This document shows, piece after piece, positions 48,937 to 62,086 of a stretch of DNA of 64,000 bases (positions are counted from its first letter, which is position 1; each line of letters starts with the position of its first letter). Origin of the DNA: Octopus vulgaris (taxonomy: Eukaryota); the NCBI GenBank assembly GCA_951406725.2, contig OX597825.1, positions 76,136,001 through 76,200,000 of the forward strand. Reading direction: 5' to 3'. The notes under the pieces are model-generated. The model was given only the letters and a program-made list of their open reading frames with translations. It ran no database searches and was not told the DNA's origin. The position numbers and the translations under genes are program-made.

Positions 48937-51900
48937 TGTGTGTATGTGTGTGTGTACATACATATACAATGGGCTTCTTTCAGTTTCTGTTTATGAAATC
49001 CACTCAAAATACTCTGGTCAGCCTAGGGCTATAGTAGAAGACATTTTCCCAAGGTGCTGTGCAGTGGAACTGAACCTGAAATCTTCTCAATGATGCAGAC
49101 TTCTCAATATGACAGCTATATCATCATTACCATCTTAATTATAACATCTATTATTTTCATGCTTGCATGGTTTTAACCGAATGTGTTGAGGTTTTCTATG
49201 GCCTGATGCTCTTCCTGTCACCAACCCTCGCTTGATTCCAAGGAAGGTCATATTTCTTCATGGGCTGACATATTTTCACAGTACAATGGAATTGAAAGGT
49301 TTTTGACTAACTATGCTATGATGTGAAGACAAGGAGACACAAACACACTCACTCACACACACATACCTACATACAACTTACTTGCATACATACATACATG
49401 CATGCATACATACATACATACATACATACATACATACATACATACATACATACATACATACATACATACATACATACATTTATTGGTAATAATAAAGTTA
49501 GAAGAAATAAAGGACTTCTTCCTTAGTCTATTTATATAAAGGTACAGAAAATCTTCAAATTTTTCCAAGGAAATGAAATGGAATGAATTAAAATAAAATA
49601 AAATAAAATACAATATTTATGTTATAATGTTTCAGAAATTCCATCAAACATTTGAGAATGGTTGTGCTTCAGGGGTATTCTACATTGTTTCACTTTATTT
49701 AATTCTATTTCATTCCATTTCATTTCCTTTCTGTACCTGAATATCAATAAACCAAAAAAGAATTCCTTCATTCCTTCTCATTAGTCCTATTATTATTACC
49801 AATATACTATTCTGTATAATACCAGAAACGTTTTATTCCTTATAAATATATCATCATCATCATTGTCAGGTCTTTAGTAGAGGTTACACATGGAGGGATT
49901 GAACACCAAGCCATGTAGTTGGGAACCTATTTTAAAATAGAAAACCTGTATTCATGATTGAATATTTAATATCTGACTCCCACCAGAACATTTTTGGTCT
50001 ATATCCTGTTGCAGGAATATCCTTGAGCAAGGCACTTCACTAATCTCATTTCTCTCTCATCCCTCTGTCCTTCACTTTTTCTCCTTCCAGGCTTTCTACA
50101 TCACTTATGCATTCAAATGACCTCAATTTCAATCATACTAAATAAGGAATTTAATATATATCAAAGATCCTGTATGGACAAACAGAGACACTTGTGTCTC
50201 ATTTCATTGGCATCATATCACATGGTACTTATATTGAGGCAATTCATCATGACACAATACAAGGAAGTCTTGTACTGATTCATGGCATTATTGAAACACT
50301 ACACTCCTTTCATTTCAACCCCCCCATTTGTATAAACACAGAAGCCCAAGATAGAATGGAAAAAAGTGGAAAAAAAAATTAAATAAACAAAATCCCAAAA
50401 GAATAAAAATAATAGCAACAACACACACGACAGTTTAAAAGAGCCAAGCCAAAAATACAAAAATTCTGAGGTTTTATGGTTCAACCGAATTTTCAGATTG
50501 CAAATATCATTGTGATTAGGTGAGGGATTCCTTGCAGTGTTAGATAGGTGCTTCCCTAAAACATATAAATATCATCATATCTTCAGGAAGCACACAATGA
50601 AAGTATTGTATGCCACGCCCAACAACATGGAGTACTACATACACAAATACAAGAATAGAAAAATATACATGCAAACAACCACCACAAAAACAGAACAAAA
50701 TAACACAGTGTATAGGAACAATAACAAAAATAAACTCAACAGGGATCACAAAAACAAGGATAGTGACCTCGGCAGTTATGATAGGAGCCAAGCAAAGAGT
50801 GAAAAAAGAAACAATACGAGCAATAATATCAAGAACACTGCAAATACTGTAAATCAGCTGGAATATCATGAAAACAAAAACAAAAACTCACCAAATGACA
50901 ACAAAATAATAATAGTGCAAATTATTGCAGCTGTCACAATAAATCTCCATGTCTACTTATAAATCGATGTATGCAAAAAAGTGTCATATAAATGTACAAT
51001 CACCACATGACAACATAAATAAGCATAGAGAGAAGCCTCAGAAAACCAGTTTAAGGTCCGTTATCGGAACCATATCTCCTCATTCTGATAGGTCAACTGG
51101 CAACATGCCACATAACTAGCAGACCTAATATGGAGATTAAAAGAAGAAAAACTAAAATAAGAAATCAAGTGGTCAATTATATAAAACACACAACCATATA
51201 TTATCCCAGGTATGTAACTTGTGCTTTAAAGAAGTACTGTGTATCTTGTTGAGTAAAGAAAATTTAGTAAACAAACATATTGAGACAATTCAAAGATATT
51301 GCCACCATGCGAAACATACATTTTCCAGATACTGCATTGAAGAATGATCATAATGCAATGAACTCTTTCACCATCCCTTCCTTTACTAACACACAAATAA
51401 TATCATAACAACCACATAGATATCATATGTGTGCATGCAGGTGAGAGTATGTGTATGCATGAATAATAATGCACATATATATATGCATATGATTGGATGC
51501 ATATACAAACATAAACGCAGGTATTTGCACACATAGGCGGCGGGCTGGCAGAACCGTTAGCACGCCGGGCGAAATGCGTAGCCGTATTTCGCCTGCCATT
51601 ACGTTCTAAGTTCAAATTCCGCCGAGGTCGACTTTGCCTTTCATCCTTTCGGGGTCGATAAATCAAGTACCAGTTACGCACTGGGGTCGATGTAATCGGC
51701 TAAATCCGTGTGTCTGTCCTTGTTTGTCACCTCTGTGTTTAGTCTCTTGTGGGTAGTAAAGAAATAGGTATGTGCACACATGTGTATGCACTGATATGCA
51801 TGTGTACATGTGTGCTTATGTTGGTGTGTATGTATATGCATGCATCTGTATATGATCTACTATATATAAGTACATATGGGTAGACACATGTATGGATGCA

Positions 51901-52144
51901 CATGTGTCTATGTGTACATATGTGTGCATAAGTGCATGTGTGTGCATATATATGTGTATATACATGTATATGCATGAGTATATATATATCTACATCTATA
52001 AAAGGCATGATGTGTGTGTGTGTATGAGTACGTGAATGTAATTTATGCACGTCCTCAAATTAGCAAGCATGCTGCTCCAATCTTAGGAGGACATTGGTCA
52101 TGACCATGGCTGTGCTTTTGTCAACTTATTTTTCCCGAGACATC
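43549..52144 (+). repeat. Copy 2 of ~8.8-kb tandem duplication
   Basis: Begins exactly at the gap, matching 34674; continues into the full Helitron. Confidence 0.95.
44061..44173 (-). ncRNA. Type I hammerhead (duplicate of 35183-35295)
   Basis: Same sequence within the duplicated block. Confidence 0.8.
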
Positions 52145-52288
52145 TGTAGATAGTGGTAAAAATCGATTTTCAACCATAACTTTTACCAATTTTGAATGTC
52201 AGTGAAATCTGTAAGTTTGCTAACATGAGTTAAGTTCCTTCCTTGCATTGGTGAAGAGAAGGTGTGTGTATGTGTGTGAGGGACCACA

Positions 52289-52337
52289 TACATTTTTAAA
52301 ATTTATTTTTCCTTACATTTTTTTTGAGTGAGTAATT

Positions 52338-52379
<42 letters not shown>

Positions 52380-52477
52380 TAGTGTAATGCCCCTTTCTCT
52401 CTCTCTCTCTCTCCCTGTCAAACACACTAAAAAAGATGTGAGAAAAAGTAAATAAATAAAAGTTACTCTATCTCTCG

Positions 52478-52509
<32 letters not shown>

Positions 52510-52765
52510 GCAACACACACTTCCCCTCTCTCTCTTTTTGACAATGCACACCTCTCTCTCTCAGTCAATCACTCACACACTCCCTCAAAAAAGATGCAAG
52601 GAGAAATAAATTTTAAAGAATGTATGCTGTGTGTGTGTGTGTGTGAAGGAAAGAGTAACAGTGTACGTTTTTAAAATTATTTTTCCTCGCATCTTTTTTG
52701 AGTGAGTCTGTGAATGATTGACAGAGAGAAAGAGAGAAGTGTGTGTTGTCGGAAAGAAGGAGACA

Positions 52766-52834
<69 letters not shown>

Positions 52835-53014
52835 AGCGTAAATATTACTTATTTACTTTTTCTCGCATCTTTTTTTAGTGTGTGTTTGACCGAGAGAGAG
52901 GGAAAGAGAGGCGTTACACTATCACACTCTCTCTCTCTCTCTCTTTCTCTCTCTCCCTCTCAGTCAATCACTCACTCAAAAAAGATACGAGGAAAAATAA
53001 ATTTTAAAAATGTA
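52289..53014. repeat. ~730-bp imperfect palindrome with microsatellite-bearing arms
   Basis: 52289-52630 is inverted to 52658-53014 (e.g. GTCAAACACACTAAAAAAGATG / CATCTTTTTTTAGTGTGTGTTTGAC). Confidence 0.85.
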
Positions 53015-53565
53015 CGCTGTCACTCTCACTCCCTCATGCACACACACACACATCAACACACACCTCCTCACTCTCTCTCTCCCTCTCTCACACACACACA
53101 CCCTTTCTATCTCGCACCCGACCATCAACATATACACACGTCCCTGTCATTTTCTCCCTCTTTCACTTTATGCTGACATCAAACGAAATGTACAATTCCA
53201 GTTCAAAAAACAAATAAATATCTTTTACAAAATTTACCGAATGCCGTACCTTAACAGCTGATGGATCACTGACAACTCTGTGACTCAAAACAAAGGATAG
53301 TCGTCAATGAAACTTATCTCCTGCCATAAAATCTTCAATGGTATAATGATACCAGAAATAAATCACTGCTTTAAAAACCTACCATCCAATGAGTGGAACA
53401 CCTCAAAACAACAACTCAAATGAGCTAAAGAGTACATGTATCACAACAGCAATAGCACCAAATGTGTGTTTGTGTGTGTGTGTGTAGGCTTACAATATAT
53501 CCTATTAAGAAAATTTCACACAATCCTTCAATAAAACTCAAATGGGATAAAGAGTACACACTTTA

Positions 53566-53938
53566 TCCACCTAAACAGTGCAATGGGACCCACTTGGTAG
53601 TCAAGTCTCCTGATGCCCCACTTTATTGAGGCCACCATTGTTACGGGGTGCAGGAGGGAGGGAAATGTTTTCGTTTCAAGGATGCACCTTTATCCCTCAG
53701 GGTCAGACATGCCGTTTAACTTCCGCAGATCTCAGTTCCCGGTGAGGCCATGCTTCGCCATGTCCATCAACAAATCCCAAGGCCAAACACTATCGGTGGT
53801 AGGCATCCATTAGGGGGAACCATGCTATTCACACAGAGGACTTTATGTGGCCTGCCCCCATGTGGGGAGTAGAAACACTCTTTTTGTGTATGCTCCTCAG
53901 AGCGGAACATGCGGTGTTGTCTATAGTGAAGTTTTATA
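53566..53938 (+). pseudogene. Helitron RepHel PIF1 helicase C-terminal remnant
   Basis: CNGTHLVV..IEATIVTG..RRSQFPVRPCFAMSINKSQGQTL..*..SHRGLYVA..VVYSEVL*. Confidence 0.9.
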
Positions 53939-54221
53939 GACAGAAAGGAGAACAAGTCATCATTGCAGCCTATGTGATTATAAACAGGTGATCCAGAAGC
54001 ATTGGCCAGACATATTCTCAAACCATGGCAACATGACTCATGGATGCTTCTTCTTCTTTATTGGACAATGCTGACTTCTCTGACAACAATGCTTACTCAG
54101 CTGATATCAGCACTTGGCCAAGTTGCTCATAGAGTTAGGCCAGAAGGGCCAAGCCCCTTATTTTTCATTAAGATAGTTAATAAGTTTTCGTAAGTTACTC
54201 CAATCCGGATCCCCAAATACA

Positions 54222-54435
54222 AACCTTCGAATCAACCTTCTCCAATGCAGATCCCTAATGCAACCTTCTCCAATCCAAATATTTGAGTCAACCTTCTTCA
54301 TAGCAGATCTCCAATTTAAACCTTTGATGTATCCTTATCCAGTGCAAACCTTCAATGCAACATTCTCCAATGCAGATCTTTGATGCAGATCTCCAACGTA
54401 ACCTTCTCCAATGCATATCTTTGATGCAGCCTTGA
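54222..54435 (+). repeat. Degenerate minisatellite (AACCTTCTCCAATGCAGATC-like units)
   Basis: Repeated AACCTT/CAATGCA/GATGCA blocks inside the Helitron. Confidence 0.75.
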
Positions 54436-55297
54436 CTGATAGTACCCCTAGGAGGGGTTAGGACTAGATTGGGATTAGTCGCTGCCTTTTAGAGGCTCCT
54501 GAGTCTCTTTTCACTAGGTTAGCTTAGGCTTAGGTTAAGGCTTAGTTATGATCTGAACATAACCTCTTCTGACATAGAGGATCAGGAGCATTTTTGGGTA
54601 TTCTATTTTCCTTGCTGGAAGGGTTCCTAACCCATGGACCAATGAGGGGGTTAGATGATGGGGTGGGGGTTTCGATAGGGCTGGCATGTGCAACCTGATC
54701 ACTTCTACCAGTCAAACTCCCAACCCATGTGTTCCCCTCATGACACTGATTCTGCAGAACTGAGTTGGGTGTGAACACTAACTTTAAAGTATATAGATTT
54801 TTTGAATCAGCAATGTTGTGTTTGGTTAAGTCCTATTTGGAGTGAAAAATCAATAAACTGATTCCTTATGGGGTTCTCCATTCAATCAGGATGAAAAATC
54901 AATAAAACGATTCCTTATAGGATTTCCTACTAAAATTGCCTACACCCCATTTTCAGCCATAACTTTTACCAATTTTGATGCATTTTGTTCAAACTTGATG
55001 CCAACGTTACTTAGGACTCATGTCTTGATCTTTGATCTTTGAATGCTTTAAGTTCTCAAAAAAAAAAAAAAATACAATCGATGAGTGGAAAAAATCAATA
55101 AACTGATTCCTTATGGGATTTCCCAATCAAATTGTCTGCAACCCATTTTCAGCCAAAGGTTTACCAATTTCAATGGAATTTGCTCAAATTTGACGTTGGT
55201 GGAACTTAGTTTGGTTTGAAACAAAGCACTTGAGTAGCTTAATAATCCTAACTTAATCCTGGACAATGCCAGGCTAAACTGCTAGTATATATATATA

Positions 55298-55706
55298 TAC
55301 ATCTAATATAGGATAAACTTTTTCGAAAAAAATTCTATCAATGGCCAGCATATCAAAAAATACCTTTAAAGGTTAAATTTATAAACAATTTAAAAGTAAG
55401 GGTAAAAGAAAAAATTTCTAATGCCTAAATATGACGAAAAAAGACACCGCTCGCTTCTTCCATGGGTATAAGTAAGTATTTCACTTATTTCTTCACCGCA
55501 TTTATCACTGATGAAGAGAAGATTCTTATAAACTAATTCTGAAATTGGCTCCGATATGGTAATAACGGAATTTTTTTTAGAAATTTCTGTCGGCTTTCTT
55601 TGAAATACATGATTGTAGTGATAAATTACATGGTTATTGACGTGGTGTCTTTTTTCGGCATATTTAGGTATTAGACATTTTTTTCTTTTGTCCTTACTTA
55701 TAAATT

Positions 55707-55712
<6 letters not shown>
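55298..55712 (+). mobile_element. Hammerhead-bearing non-coding element (family D) with inverted arms, flanked by (TA)n
   Basis: 55379-55449 is inverted to 55643-55712; homologous to 62081-62590. Confidence 0.75.
55502..55562 (+). ncRNA. Type I hammerhead ribozyme
   Basis: ttatca-CTGATGA-AGAG..TTCT-GAA-ATTG(GCTC)CGAT-A-tggtaa; AUA triplet. Confidence 0.85.
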
Positions 55713-55746
<34 letters not shown>

Positions 55747-56795
55747 ATATATATGTATGTATATATACACATACATGTAATATAACATAAAAGAAAATGG
55801 AGAGTTTTAACACAGTAAAATATCAATTTATTTATATAATAGTCAATTTCATATTGCCTATGTACATTTCAAATTCTTACCTTGATTGCATTATGCATTT
55901 AAAAGGTAACCTTCATGTATTCCTTTTTGGGTGGTATGGGAATGTTTTTTATTGATATGTCTGTGTCAATTCTCTCCATTTTACTAGTGGTACCGCTTAT
56001 CTGCTCGAAATGTTAAACCATCTTTCTTTTCTTCCCGAGCGTCTGCTAATACTTTACTTGTACCACATCCTCACGTTGTTGTGTTTTTTGAGTTTGTTCT
56101 TCTTTTTGGGATTTACTTTATATATACATACACACACACACACATACACACACACACACACACTCACACATATATATGTATGTATGTACTAACTTTGAAG
56201 CAGCCCATCAAGCGGTATTCAGGATGGCCCCTGAGGAGGGCACCTTTCAGGCCTTCGGCCATAGTATTGGCCCAGCAAAGCAGCCCTCTCTTATGAGTAA
56301 TGTAATGGACTCGGACACATTCATTGCATATATATTTTCTGGTATTAATTATCCAATACCCTATTCCAAACATTCTACCCAACATATACCCGCACACCCA
56401 CACTCATACACTCAATACCTATACTTCACTCGCACCCATACCTAAAACTCATTTCCCATTAACTTGTTGTTCATTCAACATGGAACGTGAATTCCATCTC
56501 TCTAACAGTGAATCAACCCTTGGATCGCTTCCTGCCAGCTCTGCCGATAGACATACAGCTAGTTTCTAGTTTGATTTACAGCTTCCTATGAGATTTACAG
56601 CTATGTCTCTAGCATTGAAGCCACCCTTCAGGCGTGTGTGTGTGTGTGTGTGTGTGTAGAAAGTTGAAAGGTAACATATTAGTTGATATATATAAGGAAA
56701 TGAGTGGAAATTGAACCAGTGAGTGTGTTAAGTAATAAGGCACTACTAAAAGAGAATGACACAATAATATATATATAGAGAGAGAGCGAGAGAGA

Positions 56796-57680
56796 GAGAG
56801 TGTAAACACCCTGAGAGAAAAGTTGGGCCTAAGAAGTATCAAATGTGGTGTGCAAGAGAGACGACTATGCTGGTGTGGTCATGTGTTGTGTGTGGATGAG
56901 GAGAGCTGTGTGAGGAAGTGCCACACCCTAACTTTTGAAGGAACCTGTGGAAGAGGTAGACCCAGGATGACATGGGATGAGGTGGTGAAGCATCATCTTT
57001 GATCATTGGGCCTCACAGAGGCAATGATAGGAGACTGAGACCTTTGGAGATATGCTGTAATAGAAAAGACCCAGCAACTAAAGTGAGATCACAGCCACAC
57101 ATGTCCTGCCTGGTTAAGAATATTCTTGATACACTGGGTGATATGATATTCTTGAGAAGACCTGTTGAGTCAAGTAAAACCACTATTGTAGCTCGGGTGG
57201 GTGCCCCAGGCTGGCTCCTGTGCCGATGGCATGTAAAAAGCACTATCCAAACGTGGTTGATGCCAGGTCCACCTGACTGGACCTTGTGCCAGTGACACAT
57301 ATAAAGCAGTATCCAAACATGTTCATTGCCAGGCCCACCTTACTGGCTCCAGTATTGGTGGCACATAAAAAGTACCAACTAATTGTGACCGATGCCAGTA
57401 CACCCTGACTGGCTCCTGTGTCGGTGGCATGTAAAAAGCGTCATCTGAACAAGATCGTTACCAGACCCGCCTTACTGGCTCCTGTGTTGGTGATGCATAA
57501 AAAGCATCTCCTACATACTCAGAGTGGTTATTGTTAGGAAGGATATCCAGCTCTGCCAGACTAGATTGGAGGCTGATGCAGCTGCTGGCTCTCCAGACAT
57601 CAGTCAAACCGTCCAACACATGCCAGCATGGAAAACGGACATTAATCGATGATGATGATGATGATGATGATGATGGTGAT
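56796..57680 (+). mobile_element. RTE 3' fragment with tandem-repeat UTR and (GAT)n tail
   Basis: LREKLGLRSIKCGVQERRL and GRGRPR.TWDEVV; UTR repeat units. Confidence 0.88.
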
Positions 57681-57757
57681 ATATATTTGACATTGATGGT
57701 TATTAACAATAGTAACATCGTATTTTGGATGTAAACATTTGAATGTTTTTTTTTGCT

Positions 57758-57795
<38 letters not shown>

Positions 57796-57809
57796 AATAT
57801 GTATGTATA

Positions 57810-59030
57810 TTGTGTAGAAAAGGAACATGTAAGAATTCCATCATGCAGTGTACCCAGTGGACACTATGGATGCACAATAGGAGTAATGGGTTCACATGAA
57901 GAGTAAGAGCAAAGGTGAATTTTGCATGTGGCAGGTGCAGCGAGGCAATATTTACTTGGAGCATGTGCAAAACGGATGCTCTCCAATACCCAAACCGCCC
58001 TCTAGAAGTCCTTGATAGCTTTTGTTACCTAGAGAATTAAATTAGTAGAGGTATGGGTTGATGTTCAGGAAGCATAGTAGCCAAGGTATGGACTGGCTGG
58101 AAAAAGTTCATGGATTTCTTATCCCTGCTGGCAATAAAGGGCTTTTCCCTTAGAGTAAAATGTAGACTGGAAGGAAATGAGGTGAGCATGCCTCATTGTA
58201 CATGTAATACTAGAGTGCATGAACGAGGAAGAACAAATGAGGAGAGAAATAAATGGAACATAACTGGAATCAGATGCAATGCAGATGAGTGAAGAATATT
58301 TTGTATGGACTGCTGATGTGTATGGAAAAGGACAGCCATATAAAAAGGTGTTGTGAGAAAGAGGGAAACTGGGGACAAGAAGGTGACAAGGGACCACATT
58401 AATTGGTCACACTAGGAGAAACCTTCTTTGCCTGACCAAGCATGGAGAACTAGATGCTAAAATTAGTGTTTATGTGTGTGTCTGTATGTATGTGTAAAAA
58501 AGGTTGCATTCAGTGTGCCAAATGTTAACTATGGTCACATAAAAGATGCAGTGGTTTCATAGGAAAGTTAACTGAGAAAGTAAATTTTGTATGTAGCTGA
58601 TGCACAGGAGCAATAAACACTAAGAACTCATGGGAATTAAACTTCTCAAGTGCCCTGGAGGGTTCCTAGAGGTAGAAGATACCTTCTGTTACTTAGGTTA
58701 CCAAATTAGCTGTGGAAGAGCATGTTCTCAAAGTATAGTTACACAGCTAAGAGCAGGATGCAATAAGCTGGTAACAAATCACTCAGAGTAAAAGACAGAT
58801 TGTATAATACTTCTGTCGAAATAGCAATGCTACATGATAGTGACATGTGGGCTGGGAATGCTGAGGAAATGGAACTAGCATGTCACGTAAAAAGCACTGA
58901 GTCAACTCTGCAGAGGGGTTGGTCTTAGGAAGGGCATCCAGCCATAAAAAAACCCTGCTAAAAGAGACACTGTAGCCTGGGATAGTCTTCTACCTGGCCA
59001 GTTCCTGTCAAGTGTCCTACCCATGCATAA
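57810..59030 (+). mobile_element. Two old RTE fragments (57810-58400 and 58505-59030)
   Basis: Degenerate finger (CRKG..CTQ..LW.H..CGRC), LEV.DSFCYL and LEVEDTFCYLG, and UTR block GGAAGGGCATCCAGCC. Confidence 0.7.
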
Positions 59031-59057
59031 ATCGGAGACACATAGATAGATAGATAG

Positions 59058-59097
<40 letters not shown>

Positions 59098-59102
<5 letters not shown>

Positions 59103-59308
59103 ATCCAAACAAGAAAGCACAAAAAAAAACCAACAACACGAGGCTGTGGAACAAATATAGTATTATTGGATGCTCAGGAAAGAAGGAAAGAAGGAGGGTT
59201 TAACGTTTCGAGCGGAGCTCTTTGTTGGAAACACAGGAGAAGGAAAGATCCAGAGAAGGGAAGACAGAGGAAAAAAATCGCCAACGGTACACACGAGGTC
59301 ACATTTTG

Positions 59309-59310
<2 letters not shown>
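59098..59310 (-). mobile_element. Short repeat related to family C, with a degenerate minimal hammerhead at 59198-59232
   Basis: gttt-CCAACAA-A-GAGC(TCC)GCTC-GAAACGTT-aaac, flanked by (TA)n. A related remnant lies at 56000-56120. Confidence 0.6.
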
Positions 59311-59347
<37 letters not shown>

Positions 59348-60537
59348 TAGATGTATATATATATATATGTACACATATATATAATACACACACACACATG
59401 CATGCGCACATATAATATATACACCCATATCCATGAGTGTGCATGGTAAATACGTAACAAATATGCAAAATTGCTTTGACATTAGAACTCTGAGTGGCCA
59501 AACCTGCATTTACAAAATTATAAAGAAAGGAGAAACACACAAATAAATAGTGAAAATGATTTGAGAAAAGTTGATCAATGACTTACATTTCTGTCTCCAA
59601 CAATTTGTCCCTTGCTTCCTTGTTCCCCTCATTTTTATATATATCTTGTAAATCTGTACTTGTTAAGATATATATACATATATATACATGTGGTTCTCTT
59701 TCTGTCTCTTTCTCTCTCAGCTTTGAATACATTAATAAACTATGTATGTATATGTTTGTGTGTGTGTGTGTGTGTGTGTATAATTAGTGAGTAGATCATA
59801 AATTCAGAAAGAAGCACACTCTAAAATACTTTAGAGCAGTTATAATTCATATAGTTGTTGGTTATAACTTATATGCAATATATGCAGGTAGATATTAATT
59901 GAAAATACGATAAAGAATATAATGATAGAAAATTTTTTGAAAAGAAGAAATAATTTTGAAACTAAGAGAGAAACAAACAGATAGGAACAGTCAAGCAGTT
60001 GTTTGTAATTGTGAATGTTTGCAATTGAGTGAGAACAAAATTTTGTTAGTTGAGGTGAGGCAACACTTGATTCAACAGTCAGCTACTTATGAATTTGTCA
60101 TGTTATGTTTAATACAAAAGGCTTAGAGCACAAAACGGAAAAAGGAAAGTAGGATGTTGTTTATAAATTGTTCTAGAGATGAACTGTCAGAATGTACACA
60201 CATATAAATAGATAGAAATATATGAACACATGCATACATACACCAAAAGCAATATCTCACATGCACATTCTCACACTCAAACAATGACTTTCAAACATAA
60301 ATAATTATACACTAACCCACACTCACACTTACACTCACACTAAAACACTCATATACTCACTCATACTCAGCTACTAAGCACACATGCACACATATACACA
60401 TGCACACATACACAAAAGCACACACACACACACACATTTGCACACACAAACACACATGTGTACCTTTTCTACTGCTAAAAGAAATAATATATACATGCAT
60501 ATATATGTGTGTGTGTGTGCATATACGTATATACACA

Positions 60538-61515
60538 TTGGGTTGTCTGATAAATTCATCTCTTTCTTCCCAATGTTATTTGAATTAACACAAAAAGTAT
60601 CTTTATTGCAGTGTTTGTCAGTGTTTTGTGGCTCTATTCTTCTTATGTTCATCGTTTTTGAAATTTGAATAAACTTCACTTCTTTTCTGACTTATGATGA
60701 TGGAGCACCAAGTAGAGAAAAAGTTGAGCATTTTTGACCCTGCTTCTCTAAATTTTCATTTAAAATTCCAAAGCAGCTAAAGCCACTCATATGGAGAAAA
60801 TGCTATTACTGATAAAACTGCACAGAAATGATTTTCACACTTCAAGGTGCAGTGGGAGGGGACCTCGCAGACACTCCATATTGTGGCCAACCTGTTCAGT
60901 TGAATGATGACTGATTGAACAAGCTCATCTGTAAGGATCCATGCCAATCCATTTGGGAAATTGCCCAGTAGATGGAATGCTCTCCTGATTTGATCATCCA
61001 TCACCTTCCCTTGATGAAAAATGCCCCAAAATTTTGTTTCATGAGTGCCACATACTTGAAATGAAAGAGACAAACAGCAACACTCCTCTATCATTTCCAG
61101 TTTCCTTGCTTAATATTGAGCTACTTGTGGACACAAACAGAGACCTCTTTACCACATCATCACTGGTGATGTAAAATGGTGTCTTTGAGTCAGAATAAAG
61201 CAGAGGAGAGAATGGCTGAGCCCTAGCAATCAAGCAACACCTCGAGCCAAGCCAGAGTTGCCTCCACATAAGACAATGATCTGTGTTTGGTGGGATTATG
61301 AATGACATGAAACTGAAAATAGGGTTTGATTGATTCTTCAAGTCAAGACCCGGTGGTTTCTACTCTCGAGGCACTGACAAACTATTGGAACATAGAGAAG
61401 AAGTTGTGAATTATGAAGGAGAATTTATTATTGAATTCTTTGTTTAAATTGTTGATGAAAAATAAGGATTAAAATAAAGGGAATAAAAAACAAGTGAATT
61501 TATCTGACAATCCAA
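60538..61515 (+). mobile_element. Mariner transposon, internally deleted, with both TIRs
   Basis: TIRs TTGGGTTGTCTGATAAATTCA and TGAATTTATCTGACAATCCAA-TA; remnants YGENAI, S*VPH, IITGDVKWCL and KTMICVWWD. Confidence 0.88.
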
Positions 61516-61635
61516 TATAGGGCCAGATAGAGAGGTAAATATAGATACGTGTGAATTAAATTAGCAGAAAAGCTCCAGATATACCCAAGGCTTGAAAATA
61601 TATCATTGATATCATCATCTTCATCATCGTTGTTG

Positions 61636-61677
<42 letters not shown>

Positions 61678-62013
61678 CATTGTGTTTTGTTTTAAAATCC
61701 ATATTTTCTTGCTTAGACAGGTCAGATGAAATTTGTTGAAACTGATTTTCCAACGGGTGAATATTCTTCCTGTTGTCAAACTTCACCTAGTATGAAGCAA
61801 GTAATATGTCTCCTAGTCCTTCAAACACGAACAGAGCAATGGATGGACACAATTTCGTTGAAGATTGCAAGCAAACAACACTGCTTATATTATGGTAGCA
61901 TTTATTTACGGCCAGTGCACAATATCAAGAATAGAAGACATGAACACACACATGTACACATATACTGATGCATCTATCCATACAAAAATATATACATGTA
62001 GCTATGCTTGTGC

Positions 62014-62080
<67 letters not shown>

Positions 62081-62086
<6 letters not shown>

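Larger units (their letters stand above)
51989..55285 (+). mobile_element. Apparently complete ~3.3-kb non-autonomous Helitron
   Basis: A|TC start at 51989; 3' hairpin CCTGG-ACAATG-CCAGG (55258-55273) and CTAG|T (55282-55285). Internal helicase remnant; CCATAACTTTTACCAATTTTGA occurs near both ends. The 5' boundary is less certain than the 3'. Confidence 0.7.

Noticed and set aside
57200-57520. Repeat-spacer pattern resembling a CRISPR array
   Set aside because: Eukaryotic context, degenerate units within an RTE 3' UTR, and no cas genes.
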